This document shows, one piece after another, positions 9,368 to 19,198 of a stretch of DNA of 64,000 nucleotides. The position numbers were made by a program, and so were the translations under genes. Position 1 is the first letter of the stretch, and each line of letters begins with the position of its first letter. This DNA comes from Candidatus Babeliales bacterium (GTDB lineage: Bacteria; Babelota; Babeliae; Babelales; JBFXEV01), in contig JBFXEV010000001.1 of assembly GCA_050179755.1 (NCBI GenBank), positions 35,186 through 99,185 of the forward strand. The letters are read 5' to 3'. The notes beneath the pieces are model-generated. The model was not told the DNA's origin, ran no database searches, and was given only the letters and a program-made list of their open reading frames with translations.

Positions 9368-10332
9368 ATGCGTTGGCCAACTTTAGCGATAATAAGATGT
9401 TCAAGTGCAAGCCCTGCTTTCTGCCAAGCTTCTTGCAAATGCTCAAGTGGCGTTGCAAAATGATCAACCCCAAAATGAAATGTGCCCCAATGCATAGGGA
9501 TCATGCGCTTTGCTTTTAAATCCTTAAATGCCTGTACCGTATGCTGCGCACTCATATGCACATGCTCCATCCAACGCTTTGGCTCACACGGCCCAATAGG
9601 CAATAAGGCTGTATGGATATTAGGAAAATGTTCGCTAATTTCTTTAAAATGTCCTGCATATGACGTATCACCTGCAAAATAAATAGAATGATCTTTAAAG
9701 GTTAAAAGCCAACTGCCCCATAACGTTTTATTGCGATCAAAAAGATTTCGTTGTGACCAATGCCATGAGGGTAAAAATGTAAACGTTATAGGTTCGCCCT
9801 CTTGCCTTGAAGGTATCGAATACGATTGCCACCAATCATGCTCGTGCACAGCTTTATATCCTCGAGAGCTAAACCAATTGCCAAGCTTTAAAGGCACAAG
9901 CACTCGCGGCTGTCTTTTCTTAAGAGCGCGCAAACAAGAAGCACTCATGTGATCAGGATGGTTATGAGAAATCAAAAGCACATCTGGCTTAGGCAATTTT
10001 TTAAGAGCTATGCCAGGCGGCAAAATTCTTCTAAATAAGAGTGACGGACTAGAGAATAGAGGATCAGTGAGAATGTTAATACCGCCAATTTGTATCAAAA
10101 ATGTTGCATGGCCGATCCAGGTAATTACCGGCTGATCGCTACGCTCAAGCGGCGATTGCTTGATAACCCAATCTTCTTTTTTTATCTTAGGCCCAAACCA
10201 CCTGCGTATCCAAGAACCTGCATACATTAATGCGGAAGGTAGCAAAACATGATGCACATATTCATTAGGCTTATTATAAAACCTATCATTATGCACGTGA
10301 GGACGAGTTTTAGGCTTATTCTGCATTTGCAA
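9364..10332 (-). CDS. Metallo-beta-lactamase-fold hydrolase (NAPE-PLD/RomA-like)
   Basis: WIGHAT, TDP, SHNHPDH, HWSQR, FAGDT, PMHWGTF. Confidence 0.9.
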   Translation of the reverse strand: MQMQNKPKTRPHVHNDRFYNKPNEYVHHVLLPSALMYAGSWIRRWFGPKIKKEDWVIKQSPLERSDQPVITWIGHATFLIQIGGINILTDPLFSSPSLLFRRILPPGIALKKLPKPDVLLISHNHPDHMSASCLRALKKRQPRVLVPLKLGNWFSSRGYKAVHEHDWWQSYSIPSRQEGEPITFTFLPSWHWSQRNLFDRNKTLWGSWLLTFKDHSIYFAGDTSYAGHFKEISEHFPNIHTALLPIGPCEPKRWMEHVHMSAQHTVQAFKDLKAKRMIPMHWGTFHFGVDHFATPLEHLQEAWQKAGLALEHLIIAKVGQRI

Positions 10333-10351
10333 ACTTTGAGTTTGGTACTAA

Positions 10352-10390
10352 AAAGTAACCCCTATCCAGACAGAAAGTCAAGGACAGGGG
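10352..10390 (-). terminator. Intrinsic terminator-like hairpin in intergenic region
   Basis: Minus strand CCCCTGTCC-TTGACTTTCTGTC-TGGATAGGGG followed by TTACTTTTT. Confidence 0.55.
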
Positions 10391-10555
10391 AAATGGAGGT
10401 TATCTTGTATAAAGAACTTACTTTATTTTGCAAGTTCATTATGAAGTTTACAGGAGGTAATCAGAAAAAGCAACTAGTTTCATATGTTTATTTTTTTATA
10501 GCATACTAGAAATTTTTTACATCACCCTAAGCCATAAAGTTGCCAACAAGAAACC

Positions 10556-12799
10556 CTACAATTGCGCAAGTTCTACTGCCACCTGCTTTTTTAAGGCAGC
10601 AGATAAATCTGGCAATGCTTGGGCCGTTAATAAAGCCTCCCGTGCCTTCACTTTATTGCCAAGCGCGTCATGGCAACTTGCAAGGCGCAAGAACAAGTTA
10701 GACCCCTTAAAGCCAGTTTCTTGTGCCTTGATCAAATAAGTAACGCCCTTTTCATACGCTTCTAATTGATAGGCAGACTCGCCAGCATTAAACCAATACT
10801 TACATTCACCTGGATTTGCCTGAGCAAGAGACTCAAAAAGAGTAAGTGATTTATCATATTGCTTATCGAGTAAATACGCTTGGCCAAGCTGCGCCTTATA
10901 TTCCAAGCTATTAGGGCAAAAATAGCACAACTTAGAGAGGGCTAAAATTGCTTCTGGCCAGTTTTGTAGCTTATAGGCCACTTGCGCGTAAATTTTAAAT
11001 CCGGCCTCATTATCCATATCAGCCTCTAAACACGCTTTTTTAAAGTATGGTAACGATTCTTCAAGCTTATCCTGCTGCAAATAGAGCTTTCCGTAATTAA
11101 AATAGGCTTTGCCATAATGTTTGCGCAGTTTAAGCGCAATCTTAATCATCTTTTCAGCCTCATCGTATTCTTTTTTCTGCAGTAAAAAGGAAGCCATATT
11201 ATTATAAGCTTCTGGATAATAGGGCTGAATTCTAATCGTTTGCTTCATTGCTTCAATTGCGCCATCAAGATCACCAAGCAAAGAATAGATAACTGCCAGG
11301 TTATTCCAAGGATCTGGATACTTGCCATCCATTTGAACGGCTTTCTTATAAAACGGAATCGACTCTCGATATTTCTTTTGATCAGAAAGCGCTACGGCAA
11401 AATTATTATATGCGCGCGCCTTGCCTGGAGCATTTTGCATAACGTTGCCCCAAAAATCAAGCCCTGAGCGCCACACCTTATTACGTTCATGCGTGGCAAA
11501 TCCTGTGAGTAATAATATACACGCAAGGCTTGCATAGGTAACCGGCATGGATGCTTTGGTTGATTTTATTTTTGCAATAAAAAACTGTACTAGCCATACA
11601 AGCGCACATGCAAGAACAAATAACATTCCCATGGAAGCAAGATATGTTTTATAATCAACCAACAATTCAGATGATGGAATAATGCTGCTACGTGGAAGAA
11701 CTGCAACAAAAAACCATGCAAACCCGAATGCTATAACATTGGCACTATTTTTTTTAAGCGCATACGCCAGACAACTCCACAATGTAGCAAGCGCCATAAA
11801 AGGCAGAAAACAATCAGCAGCAAAAAAACTTGTTGATAACATCCAATCGTATTCTACACTAATATTAAATGGCCACACGAACATAACCATATAATGAAGC
11901 ATCACTTTAAATTGTGAGATTGCAAAATGAACCGGATAAATTTTGGATTGCGGATCTTGTGTTAATTGATTACCTATATTGTTACGCGATTCAAGCTGAA
12001 ATGTGGCAGCCTTAAGCATAAAATCTGCTTTAAAATATATATAGGTTGCAAGAATTGCAGCCCACACTGTTGCATGATGCAGCCAACGCTTTTTAATCTC
12101 ATTAACATCACCTTGTGCAATAAAAAACCAATCTGTTAGTAGCACAAGTACGGGCGCCACAACAGTAATTTCTTTTGCACCAATAGAAAGTGCACATATA
12201 AATATTAATAACGCACCAAGTCCGTACTTACCAAAAGTTGTTTTAGCTTGTAGCCATTTAACAAAACAAAGGACAATGCCGATAGTCAAAACTCCTGCCA
12301 AGCCTTCAAGTTGACCTTGAATGACATACGAAACAGTTTGTGTTTGCACCGGATGCAATAAAAATAACCCAGCAGTTGTCGCTGCAATTAACAAGCTATT
12401 ACGCTTAAAGAAACTATCTTTGCGCAATCCAGAAAGCAATGTGTAGAGTAAATAAAAAACTAAAATTCCACCTACCGAATGTATGATAACATTGCCAATG
12501 CGATAAAGCATAGGATTAAATTGTACATGGCTATAATAAATGGTATTGAGCCATTGACTAATCCAACGCGGTCGCTGGAAAAATAATTTTGCAAAAGTAT
12601 CATGACGAATATCAAACATCTTTTTAATGTTTGCAATATCGTCAAACTGAAATCCATAACTAAGTGATGAAAAGTAACTGGCAACAGTTGCCGCAACAAG
12701 CCCTAAAGGGATACTACTAATTTGCCACCAAGAGTACACGGATTCTTGACGAATCTCAGATGATGACGGTTCGTTCAATTTTTGTTTCATAATAATCAA
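10556..12799 (-). CDS. GT-C membrane glycosyltransferase with C-terminal TPR repeats (TMTC-like protein O-mannosyltransferase family)
   Basis: FQFDD, RP, LHPVQTQTVSY, AKE motifs in a multi-TM N-terminal half; many TPRs (AYNNFA, PWNNLA, AYFNYG). Confidence 0.8.
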   Translation of the reverse strand: MIIMKQKLNEPSSSEIRQESVYSWWQISSIPLGLVAATVASYFSSLSYGFQFDDIANIKKMFDIRHDTFAKLFFQRPRWISQWLNTIYYSHVQFNPMLYRIGNVIIHSVGGILVFYLLYTLLSGLRKDSFFKRNSLLIAATTAGLFLLHPVQTQTVSYVIQGQLEGLAGVLTIGIVLCFVKWLQAKTTFGKYGLGALLIFICALSIGAKEITVVAPVLVLLTDWFFIAQGDVNEIKKRWLHHATVWAAILATYIYFKADFMLKAATFQLESRNNIGNQLTQDPQSKIYPVHFAISQFKVMLHYMVMFVWPFNISVEYDWMLSTSFFAADCFLPFMALATLWSCLAYALKKNSANVIAFGFAWFFVAVLPRSSIIPSSELLVDYKTYLASMGMLFVLACALVWLVQFFIAKIKSTKASMPVTYASLACILLLTGFATHERNKVWRSGLDFWGNVMQNAPGKARAYNNFAVALSDQKKYRESIPFYKKAVQMDGKYPDPWNNLAVIYSLLGDLDGAIEAMKQTIRIQPYYPEAYNNMASFLLQKKEYDEAEKMIKIALKLRKHYGKAYFNYGKLYLQQDKLEESLPYFKKACLEADMDNEAGFKIYAQVAYKLQNWPEAILALSKLCYFCPNSLEYKAQLGQAYLLDKQYDKSLTLFESLAQANPGECKYWFNAGESAYQLEAYEKGVTYLIKAQETGFKGSNLFLRLASCHDALGNKVKAREALLTAQALPDLSAALKKQVAVELAQL

Positions 12800-12822
12800 T
12801 CTCCTTCGTAAGTTACGTATTG

Positions 12823-13929
12823 TTATATCATTAATCGCTTATAGAGCTCTTTATATGCGGTTGCCATAGCTGTGAGCGAATAATGCTCACGCACCAAAGC
12901 TTGTGCACATGCTGCGAAAGCCTTACCTTGATCTTTGAGTAACATAAATTCTTTAAGAGCATAAAAAACCGCTTCTACGCTCGGTTTCTGAATTAAAATA
13001 CCTGTGCTTTCTGTGCTTATTATTTCATGCCGGCCATGATTACCCGTTGTTATACACGGCACACCACAAGAAACTGCCTCAAGCAATGCTATCGAAAGTC
13101 CTTCATAATGAGAGGATAATACAAATGCGTTCATCAGTGAATAGTAACCATATGCTGTCTTTCCTACTACAAATTGTACAACATCTTTAATACCAAGTTC
13201 TTGCGCATGCACGCGCAATGCCTCTTCTTGCGAACCGCTGCCCACAAGAAGTAACCTTGTATGTGGATAGAGAGCGTTTAAACTTGCAAACGCTTCCAAT
13301 AACGTGTGATAGTTTTTCTGTTCTTCAAACCTGCCTACGCTACCAAATACAATTTCTTTATCTGTCCAACCAAATTGTTCTCGAGACTGCTGTTGGCTGT
13401 GTGCACGCTTTTGAATAGCATCCACGTCAATGCCATTAGGGATGCATTCCATCTTTTTTTCATCATAGGGAAAGCGCTTTCCGCTAGAAACCACTACCGA
13501 TCCTATGCCTACTACCGCATCTGCAAGCGGTAATGACACAAAATCAATCGTATTTCTGAACGCACCTTGAAACATTAATTTATTATGAATGGTATTGACC
13601 GCGGGAATGCCAAGCAACTTACCAATAATACGCGCTGATAAATTTGCCGCCCATAAGTGTGCATGAATAAGATCCGGTTTGATTGCCTTAATACAGGTAA
13701 ATAAACGCACCCAAAATACGGGATCACACAACATAATAGCGCCTTTAATGTGATATACAGGAATGCCTCGTTCTTGTATGCGCGTAACACTTGGTCCGCT
13801 ATGAAAATATATCACGTGATGCTCAAAGTCTTTATCACCAAGCTGATCAATTAAACTGGCAAGCACCGATTCTGCACCACCAAGTTGCAAAATAGAAATA
13901 ATATGCACTAACTTAATCTTTTTTGTCAT
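12823..13929 (-). CDS. Glycosyltransferase family 4
   Basis: LGGAE, IHAH, IPNGID, GRFEEQKN, SSHYEGLSIALLEA. Confidence 0.9.
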   Translation of the reverse strand: MTKKIKLVHIISILQLGGAESVLASLIDQLGDKDFEHHVIYFHSGPSVTRIQERGIPVYHIKGAIMLCDPVFWVRLFTCIKAIKPDLIHAHLWAANLSARIIGKLLGIPAVNTIHNKLMFQGAFRNTIDFVSLPLADAVVGIGSVVVSSGKRFPYDEKKMECIPNGIDVDAIQKRAHSQQQSREQFGWTDKEIVFGSVGRFEEQKNYHTLLEAFASLNALYPHTRLLLVGSGSQEEALRVHAQELGIKDVVQFVVGKTAYGYYSLMNAFVLSSHYEGLSIALLEAVSCGVPCITTGNHGRHEIISTESTGILIQKPSVEAVFYALKEFMLLKDQGKAFAACAQALVREHYSLTAMATAYKELYKRLMI

Positions 13930-15460
13930 GCTCTGCCCTTAATTGCTTCTTATCAATTTTTCCCATTGCGGTTATTGGCAATGCGCTTTTGACTATAAAC
14001 ATACGTGGTATTTTATAGGTTGCAAGTTGTTGTGCACAAAGTGCATGTAATTCAGCTTGTGCATCTTTTAACACATGTTTGAGAGTGACGTATGCCACGG
14101 GAATTTCATCACTACCACCATCTTTTACACCAATGACTGCAGCCATCAGCACGCTCGGATGAGATAGTAGCACGTTCTCAATTTCTTGTGGATAAATTTT
14201 AAAGCCTTTGTTACTTATCAAATCTTTTTCACGACCAACTATATGCAAGCGACCCGCACTATCAAATTGCGCCAAATCACCCGTATTTAACCAGCCATCT
14301 TTGAGAATAGCGTGCGTTGCTTCTTGAGCATTATAATAGCCAAGCATTACATTATCACCTTTAACCCAGAGCACGCCAACCTCACCTTGTGCTACTTCTT
14401 GATCATCTTTGCGTAGAGAACATTGCATACCAAGTACCGGATCACCAACGGTATCGGCACTCACTCGTTCATCAATTACATGCGCTGCAATGAGTGGTGA
14501 TGTTTCTGTCATACCATACCCATTACAAATTTTTCGTCCATAGATCAAGGCAAACGCAGCACGTATCTTATCAGGCAATGCATCCCCACCAGAAATGAAA
14601 TAACGCACGTTCTTAAATGGTGCTGTTTTCATTAAACAAAAAATAGCATACAATGATGGGACTGCAAGAATTACCGTAGGATTATGCTTAAGCCCGTCAA
14701 GCAATGCACGCCGATCTATTTTAGGCACCACAACACAAGACGCACCCATGAATATAGTTGACCATACAGCTGCATTTTGCGCCAAGCTATGAAACAACGG
14801 CACCGGCACGTAGCAACGATCTTGTGGTGATAATTTTAACAATGAAATAGCCTGGACCACGTTCATTAAAAGGTTACGTGAACTAAGCATCACTCCTTTC
14901 GGCATGCCCGTGGTTCCCGAAGTATATAACAATACCGCAAGAGCATCAGGATCTTTTTTTGCAATGTCACAACGGCTGGGCCCTGGCAGTTCGCGCGTAT
15001 TTTCAATATATGCTTGATCAATACGTAGAGGCAAGTTATTCTTAATTGCATCATCTAATTTTGCAAGAAGTTGATCAGAAATAATAACTACTTTTGGACG
15101 GGCGTCGGTAATAATATGCTCAAATTCACGTGGATGTAAAAAAACGTTAAGGGCAGCAACAACGGCACCTGTATGCCACACGCCATAATAAGCTATAAAA
15201 AACTCTATTGAATTTTCATACCAAATAAGCACTTTTTCTTCAGACCCCACACCAAGAGCACGTAATTGATTACTCACCAAGCATGCACGTCTAAATAATT
15301 CTCGATAAGTGATACTTTCATCACCACATATATAGGCAATACGCTTGGGCCATTGCTTTGCAGCACGCTCAAGCAACTTACCGGCAAACATGAGCGTGCC
15401 ATCTTGATGCAGTGACTGCCAATAGGCATTAAACCGTTCTTGTTCTTGTGCTGAAATCAT
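13913..15460 (-). CDS. Long-chain fatty-acid--CoA ligase (ANL family)
   Basis: YTSGTTGMPKG, GYGMTE, TGDLA, GREKD, GKIDK. Confidence 0.9.
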   Translation of the reverse strand: MISAQEQERFNAYWQSLHQDGTLMFAGKLLERAAKQWPKRIAYICGDESITYRELFRRACLVSNQLRALGVGSEEKVLIWYENSIEFFIAYYGVWHTGAVVAALNVFLHPREFEHIITDARPKVVIISDQLLAKLDDAIKNNLPLRIDQAYIENTRELPGPSRCDIAKKDPDALAVLLYTSGTTGMPKGVMLSSRNLLMNVVQAISLLKLSPQDRCYVPVPLFHSLAQNAAVWSTIFMGASCVVVPKIDRRALLDGLKHNPTVILAVPSLYAIFCLMKTAPFKNVRYFISGGDALPDKIRAAFALIYGRKICNGYGMTETSPLIAAHVIDERVSADTVGDPVLGMQCSLRKDDQEVAQGEVGVLWVKGDNVMLGYYNAQEATHAILKDGWLNTGDLAQFDSAGRLHIVGREKDLISNKGFKIYPQEIENVLLSHPSVLMAAVIGVKDGGSDEIPVAYVTLKHVLKDAQAELHALCAQQLATYKIPRMFIVKSALPITAMGKIDKKQLRAEHDKKD

Positions 15461-15552
15461 GCGACCTCATCCTTTTTTTCTATATCATTCGTTTAAAATT
15501 AGATATACTAGATGCTAATTATATTACCACAAAATCTAGGTACTCATAACAC

Positions 15553-16209
15553 ATGCAACAATCACGTGGATTTCTGGTTGCCTTTGAAGGCATTGATGGT
15601 TCTGGCAAAAGTTCACTTATACAAACAGTGGCGCAAGCACTTTCACAAAAATACATACCCGTTGTACTCACCAAAGAACCAGGGGGATCGCAACTGGGCA
15701 AAACATTACGTGCTTTACTGCAAGAACAACCAGTTCCAATTGACCATCGTGCTGAATTTTTATTGTTTGCAGCAGATCGCGCACAACACATGCAAGAAAT
15801 TATTAAACCAGCGCTTGCACAAGGAAAGTTAGTTCTTTCTGACCGCCTTGCCGATTCTTCTATTGTCTATCAAGGATACGGCCGAGGTCTTGACATTACT
15901 ATGATTAAATCAGTGAACGCGTGGGCGCTTGATGGCGTTGCACCCGATCTTACTATTTATGTCTATATTGACGGACAAACTGCTACTGAACGTGTTATAG
16001 AGCGTGGCAAAGAATTAACCGCTTTTGAAAAAGAAGCACAGGATTTTTTTAATAAATTAATTAATGGCTATACTATGCTCTATAAAGATCGCAGCGATGT
16101 ACTCGTGATCGATGGTAGACAACCGCGTGAAGTAATGGCACAACAAGTTTATGATGCATTATTTACCTTATATATAGCCGGCTCAAGTACAAACGATACG
16201 TATGCATAA
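15553..16209 (+). CDS. tmk: Thymidylate kinase
   Basis: FEGIDGSGKS, EPGG, LFAADRAQH, SDR, YQG. Confidence 0.95.
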   Translation: MQQSRGFLVAFEGIDGSGKSSLIQTVAQALSQKYIPVVLTKEPGGSQLGKTLRALLQEQPVPIDHRAEFLLFAADRAQHMQEIIKPALAQGKLVLSDRLADSSIVYQGYGRGLDITMIKSVNAWALDGVAPDLTIYVYIDGQTATERVIERGKELTAFEKEAQDFFNKLINGYTMLYKDRSDVLVIDGRQPREVMAQQVYDALFTLYIAGSSTNDTYA

Positions 16210-16930
16210 TCATCTACACCCTGCTCAGTTGTGGTTAGGCTCGCATGAACAACTTGCTTTAGAAACACTCAGTTATTTACAACAACAATTCTGCATGCAA
16301 AATGGTTGTGGGCTATGCACACCGTGCACGCAGGTATATGATAAACAGCATCATGGTCTTTTATGGTTAGAACCAGAAAAAAATTATACGCTAGAATCAC
16401 TTGAACCAATTAAAACAGCATGTGCTTATACACTTGAAGCTAATGAACATTTCTATTTTGTACTCAATAAAGCAGAACTATTATCAGTTGTTTGCCAAAA
16501 TAGTTTACTCAAAATTATAGAAGAACCGCCAACAGGTTATCATTTTATTTTACTTGCTACACACAAAGATGCAATTTTACCCACCATACAGTCACGTTGT
16601 ATTCTTAAATATGTCTCTTCTACCGGCGATACGTCAACTCATCCACTTGTTACTTTTTTTAAAGCAAGTATCAAACAAGATCCCAGCATATTATTAAAAT
16701 TACTTGAAGAGCATAAACCTTCCGAACAAGAAAGCAATGCGCTTGTAAATCAATTACTTAACTTTTGGCTTAAAGAATTTAAACATACTGCTTCTCTACA
16801 AGAATCTCCACGGTACAATCAAGCTCAGCGCTTTATTATGATCTTAAATGAATGTCTTTTGAACCCACCAATGCCTGGTGGTACTGCTTTATTTTGGAAA
16901 AATGTATATTTACAATTTTATACCTCATAA
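16202..16930 (+). CDS. holB: DNA polymerase III delta' subunit (shortened)
   Basis: Zn site CGLCTPC, QNSLLKIIEEPP, ILPTIQSRC; canonical position after tmk. Confidence 0.85.
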   Translation: MHNHLHPAQLWLGSHEQLALETLSYLQQQFCMQNGCGLCTPCTQVYDKQHHGLLWLEPEKNYTLESLEPIKTACAYTLEANEHFYFVLNKAELLSVVCQNSLLKIIEEPPTGYHFILLATHKDAILPTIQSRCILKYVSSTGDTSTHPLVTFFKASIKQDPSILLKLLEEHKPSEQESNALVNQLLNFWLKEFKHTASLQESPRYNQAQRFIMILNECLLNPPMPGGTALFWKNVYLQFYTS

Positions 16931-16983
16931 TAAAACATTTTTCCCTTTTTTTTCGGCTTATTGGCAGCATCTTTTTTAAGCCA

Positions 16984-17012
16984 TTGACATATAGCTTACA
17001 CCTCTTTAGAAT
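16984..17012 (+). promoter_or_regulatory. Sigma70 promoter for the beta-helix gene cluster
   Basis: TTGACA (16984-16989), 17-nt spacer, TAGAAT (17007-17012). Confidence 0.65.
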
Positions 17013-17136
17013 TGACTGTAGTCATCTATGGTAAAAAAGAAAGGAGCGTCTTGATATCTTATACTTGATTCACACGATTCAAAAATCTCAAATAATTTTA
17101 AAACTAATCTCATAATTTCTTTAAAGGAAAACGTAT

Positions 17137-19140
17137 ATGAAAAGCCCCATTACTTTGAGTATAATGCTTTTAAGCATGTCGCTCGTGGCAACTCCACTTT
17201 TTGCAAAGTCTGATACAAACAAATTTACTTGCTGTCCAAAAATAAAACACGAACATAAATGTAAATCAGTTATTAACATTACAGCACACGATATTAATGA
17301 AGCTTCAAAGCATAGCGCTGAGGGTTTAGTTCTTCGCCATCCTGGTAACTATAAAGTTTGTGAGAATGTAAGATGGAAAACAAAAAGATCAGAAAGTTAT
17401 GCAATAACGATTAAGGCTGATAACGTATCGCTTGATCTAGATGGACATTTTATTAAACAACACGATACAACGCTTGCAAATAATTACGCAATACAAGTTA
17501 CTGGTGATACACAATATACCCTTATCCACAATGGTACATTACAGCAAATTTCCGGTGGCGGTGTGATCGTGCAAGGGGGTGCGCGTGGCATAACTATTGA
17601 TCAAATAGAGTGCAATAGATGCTGCTATGCGGGCCAACTTAATAATGACATATTCCCTATTCCATTCTTATCAGCAATAACTCTTTTTGGAACTTCAACT
17701 GCACCAATTCAAAATGCTGTGATCACAAATTGTAATGTTACTGATAATGGAATCATTGGCATAGAACCAGTATGGTTCCAAGCAACAATAGCAGGCACTA
17801 CTTTAACACTGACTGAACCTCCGCTCTATCCACTTACTCCAGGTTTTGAGCTAAGACTTTCTGATGGCACAACTTCAGTTGGTATGGTTATCGCCAACAT
17901 TGTTGAACAACTCTCTCCAACTACATTTACCATTACGCCAACAGCACCCATTGGAGTTCCTACCACTATGACGGTAACGGATCCGAATGGCGCATTTGTT
18001 CCAGCATTACCAATTGTTTCACCATTTGGACCTACATTCACTGGGTATACGTTTGCCATTAGTACACTCGGCACTTCAAATGTTTCGGTAGAACATAACA
18101 TTGTAAATAAGAGCTTTGGCTATACAGCATCATATGCACTGACATTCGTTGGTAGCCGTGGACTTGTTGTATCAAATAATCTTGTACACAATCTCACCAC
18201 CTTTGGTTTAACAAAAGGTCTTTTCTTGGTATTTATGCAAGATTGTTTAGTAGAAGATTTGGCAGTAGATAATCTGGTTTGCAACGCCATACCACTTTTC
18301 TCAGACACTTCAATTGGCCATGGAGCTGAAGGAACAAAAGTATCTGGAGTATCCAATACAATCTTGCGCAGAGTTACTTATGATGGAAGCACAGTGCAAA
18401 CTGAAATACCTACAACGCTCACTCACCCTACAGCATACTATGATTGTGTTGGATTAATCACTGATTTTATTGGATTATCTGATCTTTTAATTGAAGATTG
18501 TGTTGCTAAAAATATGATAAATGATGGTGGCCGAGTGGCAAGCAATCCATCATACACTGCAGGTTTTAACGCAGCAACATTCTTTGGCAATATTCAAAAC
18601 TTGCACTATTCACGTTGCACTGCCTTTAATATTACTGCCTCAGCAGGATATGCATGGGGCTTTGGTTGCAATCCAGGAGCACAGGCACTTGGCGATCCAA
18701 GCAATCTTACATATTCAGATTGCGTGGTTCACAATGTAAGAACCATAAATGATGGTATCTACGCTGCAGGATTCTTAATTAATGGTACTGAAAACCAAGT
18801 GGTGCGATGCTCTGCAAACCAAGTTGTAGGAAGCTCAGCTTATGGCATTCTTCTAGGTTCTACAAATTCTAGCCAAGGTACTCGTTGTATTATTGCCAAT
18901 AACAGAGTAACTCATTGTGACACCTACGGGATCGTTGATGCTACAAATTGGAATGTTTCACATAACATTTTCAATAGCAACTATGCATACTTAAATGGCA
19001 TTGCTGGCAACAATAATTACCAAATTAATTTTACAGTCAACCCAGTTCGTGCTTGGAGTACTACTGGTGCCCCAGACCCGGTAGATCAGTTTGGTATTCT
19101 TGATCCAGAACTTGATAACCTCGATATTCGTAGTTCCTAA
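17137..19140 (+). CDS. Secreted right-handed parallel beta-helix protein, paralog 1
   Basis: Signal peptide; AITIKADNVSLDLDGHFI; Asn/Cys ladders typical of pectate-lyase-like beta-helices. Confidence 0.75.
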   Translation: MKSPITLSIMLLSMSLVATPLFAKSDTNKFTCCPKIKHEHKCKSVINITAHDINEASKHSAEGLVLRHPGNYKVCENVRWKTKRSESYAITIKADNVSLDLDGHFIKQHDTTLANNYAIQVTGDTQYTLIHNGTLQQISGGGVIVQGGARGITIDQIECNRCCYAGQLNNDIFPIPFLSAITLFGTSTAPIQNAVITNCNVTDNGIIGIEPVWFQATIAGTTLTLTEPPLYPLTPGFELRLSDGTTSVGMVIANIVEQLSPTTFTITPTAPIGVPTTMTVTDPNGAFVPALPIVSPFGPTFTGYTFAISTLGTSNVSVEHNIVNKSFGYTASYALTFVGSRGLVVSNNLVHNLTTFGLTKGLFLVFMQDCLVEDLAVDNLVCNAIPLFSDTSIGHGAEGTKVSGVSNTILRRVTYDGSTVQTEIPTTLTHPTAYYDCVGLITDFIGLSDLLIEDCVAKNMINDGGRVASNPSYTAGFNAATFFGNIQNLHYSRCTAFNITASAGYAWGFGCNPGAQALGDPSNLTYSDCVVHNVRTINDGIYAAGFLINGTENQVVRCSANQVVGSSAYGILLGSTNSSQGTRCIIANNRVTHCDTYGIVDATNWNVSHNIFNSNYAYLNGIAGNNNYQINFTVNPVRAWSTTGAPDPVDQFGILDPELDNLDIRSS

Positions 19141-19156
19141 AGACTATTTTTACAAG

Positions 19157-19182
19157 ATGGGCCACTCACACGAGTGGCCCAT
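19157..19182 (+). terminator. GC-rich hairpin between paralogs (terminator or mRNA-stabilising stem)
   Basis: ATGGGCCACTC-ACAC-GAGTGGCCCAT; no clear U tract. Confidence 0.55.
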
Positions 19183-19198
19183 ACACTAAAGGGAAACT

